DNA of 46,458 nt, taken from IMG/VR virus record IMGVR_UViG_3300034175_000027; one strand, given 5' to 3'. Below are positions 38,792 to 46,458 of this stretch, piece by piece. This DNA comes from a virus. The notes below the pieces were generated by a model. That model did not search any database. It saw only the letters and a list, made by a program, of their open reading frames with translations, and was not told where the DNA came from. The stretch's first letter is position 1. Each line of letters begins with the position of its first letter. The position numbers and the translations under genes were made by a program.

Positions 38792-41692
38792 TTATACAAG
38801 CCACGCGATTGGTTTTGTTGTAACGCCCTGTATGTCGCAATACGCAGACAGCCCTGTGCCAGAGGTAGAGCGGGCACGCAGAATGTTTCCGTTAAACTCC
38901 AATAAGATATCAGCGCTATAGGTGCCGTTTGACGATGCGAGCGTTACCGTTTTTGCTGCAGAGTTCACCGTCACATTGTAAACAAACTGGGAATTGTTTG
39001 CAGTGCCGCCAACGCCAACCCATAAACGCACGGCAAAGCTGGCAAAATTGTTGAGCGTGAACGATGTGAAATCAAACAGATTGACGCTTGACGTGGCGGC
39101 AATCGACATAAGCTTTGACTTGTGACGCACAGGCTTTTGGAAACCTGACTCGATTTCTTTGTAGATATTAGATGTGATCAGGTCTGTAGTTTCGATGTAG
39201 TCAACCCCAAGCCCGTTCACAATACCTTTGACGAATGCAAACTTGATCGGTGCCTTGAGATAGTACGCGCCGAACAATGAGTAATTTTTCGCAGACGAGT
39301 TGAGCAAAATATCGCCCTGCGCCGAGAAATGATTGATAACGCCAGAGGTTGTTTCGATATGCACTACGCTCGGGCTGGCAGGGTACGAGCCAGATGTTTT
39401 GCCTGGCGAGTCAATTTCGTTACCCTCCGTTATAATCTCCATATAACCATCTTCTTTTACTTGGCCAGCAACATAGAGGAGATTGCCGTTTGTGCCTTTG
39501 ATCCTGTTGTTTTTGAGACTGATCGATCTTACCCACGTATCTTCAATCACAGTGAAATGCGTAGCCTGATTGGTGTTGTCTGATAAGTCGATAGTGTTGT
39601 CGTGCACGCGAATATCATCTCTGGTTTTTGCGGTCTCGCCAGATATGCCCATTAGAAAGATCGGTGAGTTAGTTTTTGTGCTCTTGAAATGGTTGCCAGT
39701 GAAATGCACCGACTTTTGATCGAACGTCGACGGGTCAAGGCTTCCGAGATAGTTGCACTGCTCATAAGTGTTGTTACACACGCTGACGTTTCTGTTGTTT
39801 TTCGATGATGACGCGATAAGCACAGGCAGCTGCACATGACTAAAGTAAACGCCTGTCACCAGTGTTCTGGTCGCGCCGTGCAGCTCAAGCGCCGTATGGC
39901 CTCGGCTTAGATCAAACGTGAAATCTGAGTTTGTAAAGCTGCCACCCCTGATCACGATATCATCGGCTTGGATATATACAGCGCTGACGTCTTGCTGTGA
40001 GTTGCCAGTGATACCAATGCCGAAATTTTCAACATGGCAGTCGGTCAGTCGGATGCGCTTCCCGTATCCAACAGACGTGTCATTGCCTACTCTGATACCT
40101 TGCGAGCCAGACAGATTTTTTATCGTCACTCGTTCCCAAGCTATGTTTGTGCATTTGCAGAAAAAGTAGAACGCTGAATTGTATCTAAGAGGGTCAGCAA
40201 AACTGGTTTGCAGGTTGTTCTGGCCATTCAAATCAACAACAAAATCGCGAAAGATCATGTTGTCGAAAGTGTCGCCATTGGCGCCACCAAACAGCAGGAT
40301 ATTTCTGCCGACACTGTTGCCCAACTTGATAATACTCTTATCGCCCTTGCCGTGAACGCGCATACCGCTGCGGCTGCTTGGGTTTCCACCAGCGCCTTGC
40401 GTGCCGAGATAGAGCAGGAAATCGCCAGACGTGCCGGTTGGCGAACACAGGTAAGTGGCCTCCTGTAGCTCGATATCTTTGCTGGCCGAGATCACGCGCT
40501 TAAACGGGTCGGTGTCATTTGACGAGCCGTCACCTTTGCAGCCGCCCATTTCCGGGGTTATTTGAACATCCTTGTGGCGTTTAAGTCTGTGACCGCCAGA
40601 GGTGACAAAAACCGTCACGCCGTTATCTGCAGTGGTGACGTCAGATGCGTCATAGTACAGTGTGCCACCGCCAATAGGACCACGAGCCGTAGCCGCCCAC
40701 CCGGTGTTATATCCAAGCAGCTCGAATTGCTGGCCGGTGTATGTCGGCACGACTGCGGCAATTGCCGAGACTGAATCAATTCGCTTTACGTACGGGCGCA
40801 AGCCATGAGGCTGAACAGCAAGCAAAGTCGCTGTGCCTGCCTCGGTCTGCGCGTCTGTGGCAAACTGCACGATACCTTTGGTTGTTTCATCACCCCCGCC
40901 GATATTGTCGAGCGCGTCATTCTGGTAAGCGTGCAGAATGCTGCCAGCCGGGTAGCTGGTGGTAAGGGTGATCTGAGCTGCGCCCGTGACGGTGTAGTCA
41001 ACGCCAAGAATGAGGCGCACACCTTCGATATAGACAGCGATGCCTTGCGCGATGATCGTGGTGAAATTGACCACAGTTTGCGCAGCAATCAGTGTGACAT
41101 TTTCGGGGATGACGTCGACTGTAACATTGACTGCAGCCGTTGGGTCAACCCAGGCAAACACCTCATCGCTGTTTGAGCCTTTGGCCAGAATTTGCCCTGC
41201 TGTACCGCCAGCTACACGGCTGCGCAACAGGTACAGGGATGACACCCAGGCATGGGTAGCAGTCACAGAATAAGGATCAATGATCAGCGTGATAGCTGAC
41301 GAATTACTCACTTCGATGATCGTGCGCACAACCATATCGCGCAGCGTGCCATCGGCAGGCTCTGGCTTTTCGGTTTCAGGGAAATTGCCGACTGCAATCA
41401 GGTCGCCGTCGATATCGTACAGACCAACCTCGCGTATGGTCCAGCCGCCCTCGGTGGTCGGCACGATCAGCTCTGCGACAACGTGAAAATCATTTGTCTC
41501 AGATATAATCAGCTGGTTGAGATCGCCACGATATACCTCATTTACCAGCGCCGTCTGCGACTGAGTAGGTGTAGTGATGGCGCCATTGCCGTCACCGAGT
41601 GCCATCTCAGTAATCTGGATTTGCTCGCCAAGCGCAATCGCTGACGCAATTTTCGCCAGCCCGATGTTTGTCAGTTTCGTATAAAATGCCAT
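38792..41692 (-). CDS. Tail fibre/tailspike: P2 gpH-like N-terminus plus a right-handed beta-helix (depolymerase-like) domain
   Basis: The N-terminus (MAFYTKLTNIGLAKIASAIALGEQIQITEMALGDGNG..VYRG..) is the conserved fibre N-domain. The central part has repetitive N/G/I-rich motifs typical of pectin-lyase-fold spikes. G+C falls from about 60% to about 40% near 40.3 kb. Confidence 0.75.
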   Translation of the reverse strand: MAFYTKLTNIGLAKIASAIALGEQIQITEMALGDGNGAITTPTQSQTALVNEVYRGDLNQLIISETNDFHVVAELIVPTTEGGWTIREVGLYDIDGDLIAVGNFPETEKPEPADGTLRDMVVRTIIEVSNSSAITLIIDPYSVTATHAWVSSLYLLRSRVAGGTAGQILAKGSNSDEVFAWVDPTAAVNVTVDVIPENVTLIAAQTVVNFTTIIAQGIAVYIEGVRLILGVDYTVTGAAQITLTTSYPAGSILHAYQNDALDNIGGGDETTKGIVQFATDAQTEAGTATLLAVQPHGLRPYVKRIDSVSAIAAVVPTYTGQQFELLGYNTGWAATARGPIGGGTLYYDASDVTTADNGVTVFVTSGGHRLKRHKDVQITPEMGGCKGDGSSNDTDPFKRVISASKDIELQEATYLCSPTGTSGDFLLYLGTQGAGGNPSSRSGMRVHGKGDKSIIKLGNSVGRNILLFGGANGDTFDNMIFRDFVVDLNGQNNLQTSFADPLRYNSAFYFFCKCTNIAWERVTIKNLSGSQGIRVGNDTSVGYGKRIRLTDCHVENFGIGITGNSQQDVSAVYIQADDIVIRGGSFTNSDFTFDLSRGHTALELHGATRTLVTGVYFSHVQLPVLIASSSKNNRNVSVCNNTYEQCNYLGSLDPSTFDQKSVHFTGNHFKSTKTNSPIFLMGISGETAKTRDDIRVHDNTIDLSDNTNQATHFTVIEDTWVRSISLKNNRIKGTNGNLLYVAGQVKEDGYMEIITEGNEIDSPGKTSGSYPASPSVVHIETTSGVINHFSAQGDILLNSSAKNYSLFGAYYLKAPIKFAFVKGIVNGLGVDYIETTDLITSNIYKEIESGFQKPVRHKSKLMSIAATSSVNLFDFTSFTLNNFASFAVRLWVGVGGTANNSQFVYNVTVNSAAKTVTLASSNGTYSADILLEFNGNILRARSTSGTGLSAYCDIQGVTTKPIAWLV

Positions 41693-41701
41693 GGCGCCGC
41701 C

Positions 41702-42244
41702 TTAAGGTAGTTCTTCTGGAAAAATCGTTGTTTCTGTGCCGTCTACCGTCATTGAGCCGAAATAGAGCGTGCCGCTAATTTCAGATGAGACAGTCAGCCC
41801 GATGAGGTGCGAGCGCAGGTTTTTGTACTTCTGCACCAGTCGCTCAGCGCGCTCGTAAAAGTCGCCAGTCACAGGCTCATCATCTTTGCTGATGACGATG
41901 CTGAATGTGAACGGGTCGCCTGGTGGTTCCATGTTGAACCATTCTTTGACCTCGATCACCAAACCTAGCGGCGTCAGCGCGCGCTCAATGGCGCCGATCG
42001 TGCCCTTGTGTTTGTGTACGTACAGGCTGGAATTGATGACGTCGCGTTTTTGCTGCTCAGTCCAACTGGTATCCCACTCATCAACGCTCATTGCCCATGC
42101 GAGCCACGGCAGAATGTGGGCAGGGCAGGTGTCAGGGTTCCATGTCTCGCGCACCAGTATCGGCACATCAGAAATTCGTGAGATTGCCTCAGAGATTGCG
42201 CGCTCTTGAGCCGTTGCGTTGGGTGGCAGCAAATCGTTACTCAT
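41702..42244 (-). CDS. Baseplate/tail protein I (P2 gpI-like)
   Basis: ..LLPPNATAQERAISEAISR..WNPDTCPAHILPWLAWAMSVDEWD..W.. is a typical gpI signature. Confidence 0.8.
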   Translation of the reverse strand: MSNDLLPPNATAQERAISEAISRISDVPILVRETWNPDTCPAHILPWLAWAMSVDEWDTSWTEQQKRDVINSSLYVHKHKGTIGAIERALTPLGLVIEVKEWFNMEPPGDPFTFSIVISKDDEPVTGDFYERAERLVQKYKNLRSHLIGLTVSSEISGTLYFGSMTVDGTETTIFPEELP

Positions 42245-43142
42245 CTACACCAACCGATGTGATGTTGATGCTGGTGCAATAAGGCGCCTCATTCCACTCT
42301 GCCACGATGTTTGAGAATGGCACTGTGAGCGCGACGTTTTGCACGCCCTCTTGATGCAATGCTGCGTACAAGCCGGAGATCGTGACGTCACGCCCTAGCT
42401 TGTGGTTTTCCTCTGCGTATGCCTCGAGCGCAGCCTCAGCAGCGGCGATAACCACCGTGCTGTCAGGTCCGCTATAGAGTGTTAGCTCGGCAGACACAGT
42501 GTAGTTGATGATCACCGCTGACTCGACAGAAACGCTGTCTGTGAGTGGCCTTACGTCATCGTCAGTCAGCACTGCCTCGACAGCATCGAGCAGATCAGAT
42601 GACGCAGCGCCATCGCCAGTGCGTGACATTACCGCCACGCGTACAACGCCAGGTGTTTCTGGTGGTCCGTAAGCTGATGCGTCAAGCACATCGCCATCAA
42701 CGCCAAGCGCATGGAAAATGTAGGCGCCCTCGGGTCCAGCTGTGCTGAAACCCTCAAACGACAGTTGCACCCTGCGGCGCAAATCGGTGTCTGACTCCAT
42801 TACCGCCTCAACAGGTGGCACGGCATCAGGGTCGGCTGGCGTGATCACCAGTCGCTCAAGATTGTAGTTGGCTGCCAGCTGATCGAGATCGGTGTTGAGC
42901 GCGTAGGCGAGCATTACCGCACGCGCAGCCTCATTCACGCGCTGGCGAATAAGCAGCTCGCGATACGCGGCAACCTCGAGAAATTTATATGCAGGGTCAC
43001 TTTCAACGAAAGCGGAAAAATCAGGATCGATCGCAATCAGCTCAGCGAGCATGGCTGCGAAAATGGTTTCGAAATCCAGTGCCTCGACAACATCAGGCGC
43101 AGGCAATCTCGATAGGTCAACTGCCGTGAAAGAGCCTGCCAT
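42237..43142 (-). CDS. Baseplate protein J (gpJ/gp47 family)
   Basis: 301 aa between W and I, with a gpJ-like N-terminus (..LSRLPAPDVVEALDFETIFAAMLAE..). Confidence 0.8.
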   Translation of the reverse strand: MAGSFTAVDLSRLPAPDVVEALDFETIFAAMLAELIAIDPDFSAFVESDPAYKFLEVAAYRELLIRQRVNEAARAVMLAYALNTDLDQLAANYNLERLVITPADPDAVPPVEAVMESDTDLRRRVQLSFEGFSTAGPEGAYIFHALGVDGDVLDASAYGPPETPGVVRVAVMSRTGDGAASSDLLDAVEAVLTDDDVRPLTDSVSVESAVIINYTVSAELTLYSGPDSTVVIAAAEAALEAYAEENHKLGRDVTISGLYAALHQEGVQNVALTVPFSNIVAEWNEAPYCTSINITSVGVDE

Positions 43143-43489
43143 TAGGTCACCACTATTCCGTCAAGTTTGATTTTTTGGCCGTCTGGCAGGTACTCGCCTG
43201 TCATGTCCAGCTCGAGAATGCCCGGTGACGCGGCGATCGCTTGCACGCTGGTGAGCTTGAAACGCGGCTCCCACTTGTCGAGCGCTTCTGCCACAGCGGC
43301 ATAGACGTCCAACAAGGTTGAGCGATTCATAGGTGCATCGATCAACTGAAACAGTCGGCAGCCGTATTCGCGGCGCATAACTCGCGTGCCGATCGGGGTA
43401 GTGAGAATGTCGCGAATGCTCTGCCGCAAGTGATCAATGCCGCTAAGCCGCTTTCCAGTAGATGCATTTATGCCGTTCATGGCAGGCAT
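43142..43489 (-). CDS. Baseplate protein W (GPW/gp25 family)
   Basis: ..GIDHLRQSIRDILTTPIGTRVMRREYGCRLFQLIDAP.. is the canonical gp25/GPW motif. The start may instead be the second ATG at 43479. Confidence 0.85.
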   Translation of the reverse strand: MPAMNGINASTGKRLSGIDHLRQSIRDILTTPIGTRVMRREYGCRLFQLIDAPMNRSTLLDVYAAVAEALDKWEPRFKLTSVQAIAASPGILELDMTGEYLPDGQKIKLDGIVVT

Positions 43490-43530
43490 TCTGGGGGCGG
43501 TGCGGCTGGCCTTCCTCTTGTGGCTTTTCC
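43487..43530 (-). promoter_or_regulatory. Predicted late promoter P-late6 (baseplate/fibre operon)
   Basis: Minus-strand box GGAAAAGCCACAAGAGG (43514-43530) directly after the gpV stop. CAGAAT lies 21 nt downstream (43487-43492) and overlaps the first ATG of gpW. Confidence 0.4.
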
Positions 43531-44163
43531 CTAGGCGCCGCCGTCACCGTTGCTGTCAGTGATGCTGCCTCCTGATGTGATGTTGCCGCCGCTGGTGATG
43601 TTGCCAGTGACATTCATGTTGCCGTTGATCGTTGCTGTTGTGCCACCGCCAGAGCCATTCATGCCGCCAAGATAGGTCAGTGAGCCATTGACGAGCACGT
43701 CGCCTGTGCAGTGCGTGAGCGGGGTATCGATAACGACACCGGTCTCAGCGTTCACGGTAGCCGACTTGCAGTTGATGATGATATTGCCGGCGCCGGCTAC
43801 GGTGAGTGTGAGCGTGTTGGTTTGGCTGTTGTAGTCAACCGTGCTGCCGTCAGGGTAGATGGTGGTTTCCTGGTGCATGCTCGCAGCTGGTGCGGCTTTG
43901 TCAGTCGAGAACAGCGAGCCTGATACGTACGCCTGCCCTAAGTCGCCATAGGGTGAGCAGATAGTGACTTGCTCCCCTACGCGTGGCGGTGACCAGGTGC
44001 GGGTGTTACCAGCTCGAGCCGCAGCCCATGGTAGCCAGTCGGTGGTGAGGCCAGCTGTCGAAACTTTGACGCGAGCGTTTGCCTCGTCAAGCTCAACAAC
44101 CTTGCCAACCCGGTGCATGTTGGCGATCTGGCGAGATATCTCACCAAGCTCGTAATCACTCAT
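43531..44163 (-). CDS. Baseplate assembly protein V (spike, P2 gpV-like)
   Basis: From the ATG at 44163: MSDYELGEISRQIANMHRVGKVVELDEANARVKV..LTTDWLPWAAARAG..W.PPRVGEQV.. is gpV-like. The C-terminus has G-N-I-T-S-G repeats. The longer listed ORF overlaps the upstream gene by 200 nt. Confidence 0.8.
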   Translation of the reverse strand: MSDYELGEISRQIANMHRVGKVVELDEANARVKVSTAGLTTDWLPWAAARAGNTRTWSPPRVGEQVTICSPYGDLGQAYVSGSLFSTDKAAPAASMHQETTIYPDGSTVDYNSQTNTLTLTVAGAGNIIINCKSATVNAETGVVIDTPLTHCTGDVLVNGSLTYLGGMNGSGGGTTATINGNMNVTGNITSGGNITSGGSITDSNGDGGA

Positions 44164-44761
44164 CAGATGGCACCTCGACGTAGCCATCGCCAGGATTGCC
44201 GTTGACGTGCTCTTGCACAAACACGATCGACGGTGTTTCGCCCTCATCGTTCCAGACGCCAACACCCAAATGAAACAGCTGCTGCCACTCGACGCGCCAC
44301 ACCTCAAACTGATCGAGGTTGGTATCGCGCTGTCCACCGCCTCTGCCGCTGAAATCATCGCGGTAGGCGCCGGTCACCATGGCTGGCCCAGTGGGTAATT
44401 TTTTGGTGACGTCAGCCGGATTTGTCCAGCGGCGTTTGTGCAGCCAGGCAGCGAGGTTGGCTGCAAGCAATCTGATTTTGTGCTTAGGGGTGGCTGTGTC
44501 ACGAAAGTGAATGACCAGCTCAGCCTCAAAGCTACCCATGACAGCGATCTGCTCGGTGCCAGGATCATCATCGGGTTGCGCGTCGAATTCGGTTAGGTCA
44601 AGCAGGCAGGCAGGGGGTGGCAGGTTCTTGCGCTCTGCCCCATCATCCTCGCCCTGGCCGCGATAAAACTGCACGGTGACAAACGCAGGGAATGCCGCAG
44701 CTATGTCAGCCTCTATGGCTTGCTGCAGTACCGTCAAATTAATGTCAGTGTTGGCGTTCAT
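44156..44761 (-). CDS. Tail completion/terminator-like protein (function uncertain)
   Basis: 201-aa ORF between the Z-like gene and the baseplate genes. Called from position only. Confidence 0.35.
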   Translation of the reverse strand: MNANTDINLTVLQQAIEADIAAAFPAFVTVQFYRGQGEDDGAERKNLPPPACLLDLTEFDAQPDDDPGTEQIAVMGSFEAELVIHFRDTATPKHKIRLLAANLAAWLHKRRWTNPADVTKKLPTGPAMVTGAYRDDFSGRGGGQRDTNLDQFEVWRVEWQQLFHLGVGVWNDEGETPSIVFVQEHVNGNPGDGYVEVPSDE

Positions 44762-45309
44762 CAGTATTTTGACTCAATGTTGTATTTCACGCGAGCTGCG
44801 AGATCGCGGCGAAAGTGCTGCCAGAATATTTCCTCGACTTTATCGAAAACTTGATCCTCGATAAACACGATTGCCCTATCCTCGATCGGCATCAGCTGCT
44901 CAGCGATCGGCAATGCCTTGTCGCTAACGCGCTTGAATATGGTTTGCTTGCCTTTGACTTTACTGCGACCGACAAAGCCACCGTCAAATTCTTGGCCTTG
45001 GAATGCGGCGCCGGTCTGCGTCTTACGCGGGCGCCCTTTGAATGCGCTCACTGGCAAGTCGTTCAAACCGTACCAGAGGCCAACCTCGCCACCCTTGCTG
45101 CCCATCTTTATGGATTTCAACCGCTTGCGCAGCGATGATGCCGCGCGTAGCTCAAGCTCTTTCGTCAAGCCCTTAGATGACAGCCGGCGCAGCGTTGCCT
45201 CTGTGCGGCGTAGTGCGCGCGAGAGTGCAGAGCCTACCTGTTTGCCAGATGCCTCAAGCTCGTCACCTACAGCGCGCAGGCTTCGCCAATCAATATCAAA
45301 GCTGAGCAT
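44761..45309 (-). CDS. Minor tail protein Z-like (lambda gpZ family)
   Basis: About 182 aa from the ATG at 45309. ..LRRLSSKGLTKELELRAASSLRKRLK..VGLWYGLNDLPVSAFKGRP.. is gpZ-like, and it follows an FII-like gene as in lambda. Confidence 0.55.
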   Translation of the reverse strand: MLSFDIDWRSLRAVGDELEASGKQVGSALSRALRRTEATLRRLSSKGLTKELELRAASSLRKRLKSIKMGSKGGEVGLWYGLNDLPVSAFKGRPRKTQTGAAFQGQEFDGGFVGRSKVKGKQTIFKRVSDKALPIAEQLMPIEDRAIVFIEDQVFDKVEEIFWQHFRRDLAARVKYNIESKY

Positions 45310-45628
45310 CTTGACGCGCCAGTTTGATGATCGCCCAACCAGTACCATCGTACTGAGGGCTGCCCATGACGTCGAATGTCTCGGCGCCGATCGTCACGGT
45401 GCAGCCGCGCTCGAGGCCAACGAAATCGGATTCTTTGCCGCTGATACGCGGCTCGCTGGTGTCTGCCTCGTACTCGCCTAGAGCGGCGTTTAGGTACAGG
45501 TCATCACCAATGACGTTGACTGTTCTGGTTGAGCTATTTCTGAATGTGAGAACGGCGGGTGTTGCAAACCCGCCGTCATCATCAGTTTGCAGAAAGTCAT
45601 CCAGGTTTTCCCAGGATGGCCCACGCAT
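45296..45628 (-). CDS. Head-tail joining protein (lambda gpFII-like)
   Basis: ..GLERGCTVTIGAETFDVMGSPQYDGTGWAIIKLAR.. parallels lambda FII ..LRRGDTLTIGEENFWVDRVSPDDGGSCHLWLGR... Confidence 0.6.
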   Translation of the reverse strand: MRGPSWENLDDFLQTDDDGGFATPAVLTFRNSSTRTVNVIGDDLYLNAALGEYEADTSEPRISGKESDFVGLERGCTVTIGAETFDVMGSPQYDGTGWAIIKLARQDAQL

Positions 45629-45981
45629 TACACGTACTGCTTTTTGCCAGCCAAGGTGACGCTGCGCGAAATTGACGTCGCGGTCACAAAGGTGTCGACC
45701 ACACGCACGTATTTGCGCAGCTTGTCAGCGTTGATTTTCAACGTTTGGGCTGATGCGGTTGTAGCTACAGCGGTAAACGCCGCACCTGTCACATCCTCCC
45801 AGTTAGTCGATCCATCTTCGCTGTGCTGAATTTTGGTAGTCACAGTTCCTGCGTTAGCTGCGCCTGCATTCAGGTGCAACAGGCAAATGCCTTGATACTC
45901 GCTAACATCAACAGCAGCGCCGTTGGTAGTAGCGGTTAGAGCAAGGACTACAGCCAGTGGGGTAAGGGTAATTCCGCGCAT
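45628..45981 (-). CDS. Hypothetical head/neck protein
   Basis: 117-aa ORF in the head-completion block. No motif recognised. Confidence 0.45.
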   Translation of the reverse strand: MRGITLTPLAVVLALTATTNGAAVDVSEYQGICLLHLNAGAANAGTVTTKIQHSEDGSTNWEDVTGAAFTAVATTASAQTLKINADKLRKYVRVVDTFVTATSISRSVTLAGKKQYV

Positions 45982-45982
45982 G

Positions 45983-46306
45983 TTAGTTAGCCTCTTGTGC
46001 GGCTTCGATGGCTGCGACCAATTCTGCTTTGGTCATTTCGCCTGGCTCGATGCCTAGTTGGGTTGCCAGCTCAGAGAGCTGCGTTTTGTTTAGTCGATCG
46101 AGCTTGACGCTAATGCTTTCGTCAACATCGTCAGCGGTCACACCCTCATCAGGGATGCCGTCAGCCTCTGTCGCCAGCCGCGCCTTACCACGATGCAAGA
46201 GGTTTTTAGCCTCGCGCTCGCTTACCTCGACAATCTCGCCAACTTTGGCGATCTCACCCTCAATAACAATTGCGCTGGTGATCACTAGAAAAATTCCGTC
46301 ACTCAT
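45983..46306 (-). CDS. Small head-associated protein with a C-terminal HeH/Rho-N-like motif
   Basis: The ATG at 46306 has a GAGGA SD. The listed longer start at 46354 would run through the terminator hairpin. ..LNKTQLSELATQLGIEPGEMTKAELVAAI.. is HeH/SAP-like. Confidence 0.5.
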   Translation of the reverse strand: MSDGIFLVITSAIVIEGEIAKVGEIVEVSEREAKNLLHRGKARLATEADGIPDEGVTADDVDESISVKLDRLNKTQLSELATQLGIEPGEMTKAELVAAIEAAQEAN

Positions 46307-46325
46307 CTGAAAAATCCTCGGTGCT

Positions 46326-46347
46326 GGAAAAGGCTGCCTAGGCAGCC
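46326..46347 (-). terminator. Hairpin terminator after the capsid gene. The perfect palindrome GGCTGCC-TA-GGCAGCC is also present at 1-16.
   Basis: On the minus strand the hairpin is followed by TTTTCC. It lies between the capsid stop (31, equivalent to 46362) and the next gene start (46306). Confidence 0.5.
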
Positions 46348-46458
46348 ATCCCATTCAACAATTAGGTCGCGTAAGTGAATGACTCTTCACGGCGCAACAC
46401 AATGTCAGCATCCTGGAAAGCCACGATGCGAATGCCGCCAGACTTCGACAAGCTGGAA
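46332..46458. repeat. Terminal direct repeat, copy 2 (identical to 1-127)
   Basis: Read directly. Confidence 0.95.

Overview
The window is a complete, circularly closed genome of a temperate contractile-tailed phage. Bases 1-127 are identical to 46332-46458, which gives a unit length of 46,331 bp. About 75% of it is read on the minus strand. The head and packaging genes look lambda/HK97-like: Nu1-type small terminase, HNH endonuclease, GpA-type large terminase, gpW-like protein, lambda-type portal, and a prohead protease fused to the major capsid protein. FII-like and Z-like neck proteins follow, then a P2-like tail and baseplate (V, W, J, I, fibre with beta-helix domain, sheath, tube, E/E', tape measure, U, X, D). 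The lysis cassette has a pinholin-like holin, a SAR endolysin and embedded spanins, and is preceded by a Mor-family activator gene. The early region encodes an SF2 helicase, a pentapeptide-repeat protein, a VRR-NUC nuclease and a Toprim/VirE primase. A plus-strand recombination module carries a PD-(D/E)XK exonuclease, a Sak4-like ATPase and SSB. There is also a P4-type tyrosine integrase. Four points stand out. (1) A 17-nt box occurs six times, each followed at fixed spacing by a weak -10. It lies in front of every late unit, three times inside ORFs, and looks like a Mor-dependent late promoter set. (2) About 410 nt downstream of int are ORF-free and bounded by a promoter and a terminator. This stretch has a tRNA-like domain and strand-specific G:U-compensated helices, so it is a candidate structured ncRNA. 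(3) A tRNA-Arg(ACG) 3' fragment flanked by 32-bp direct repeats is a candidate attP. (4) A conserved promoter cassette with an embedded 16-bp palindrome occurs three times. An autonomous three-gene late cassette of unknown function (24076-26838) also deserves follow-up. All functional calls come from reading the translations and the DNA by eye. No database search was run.
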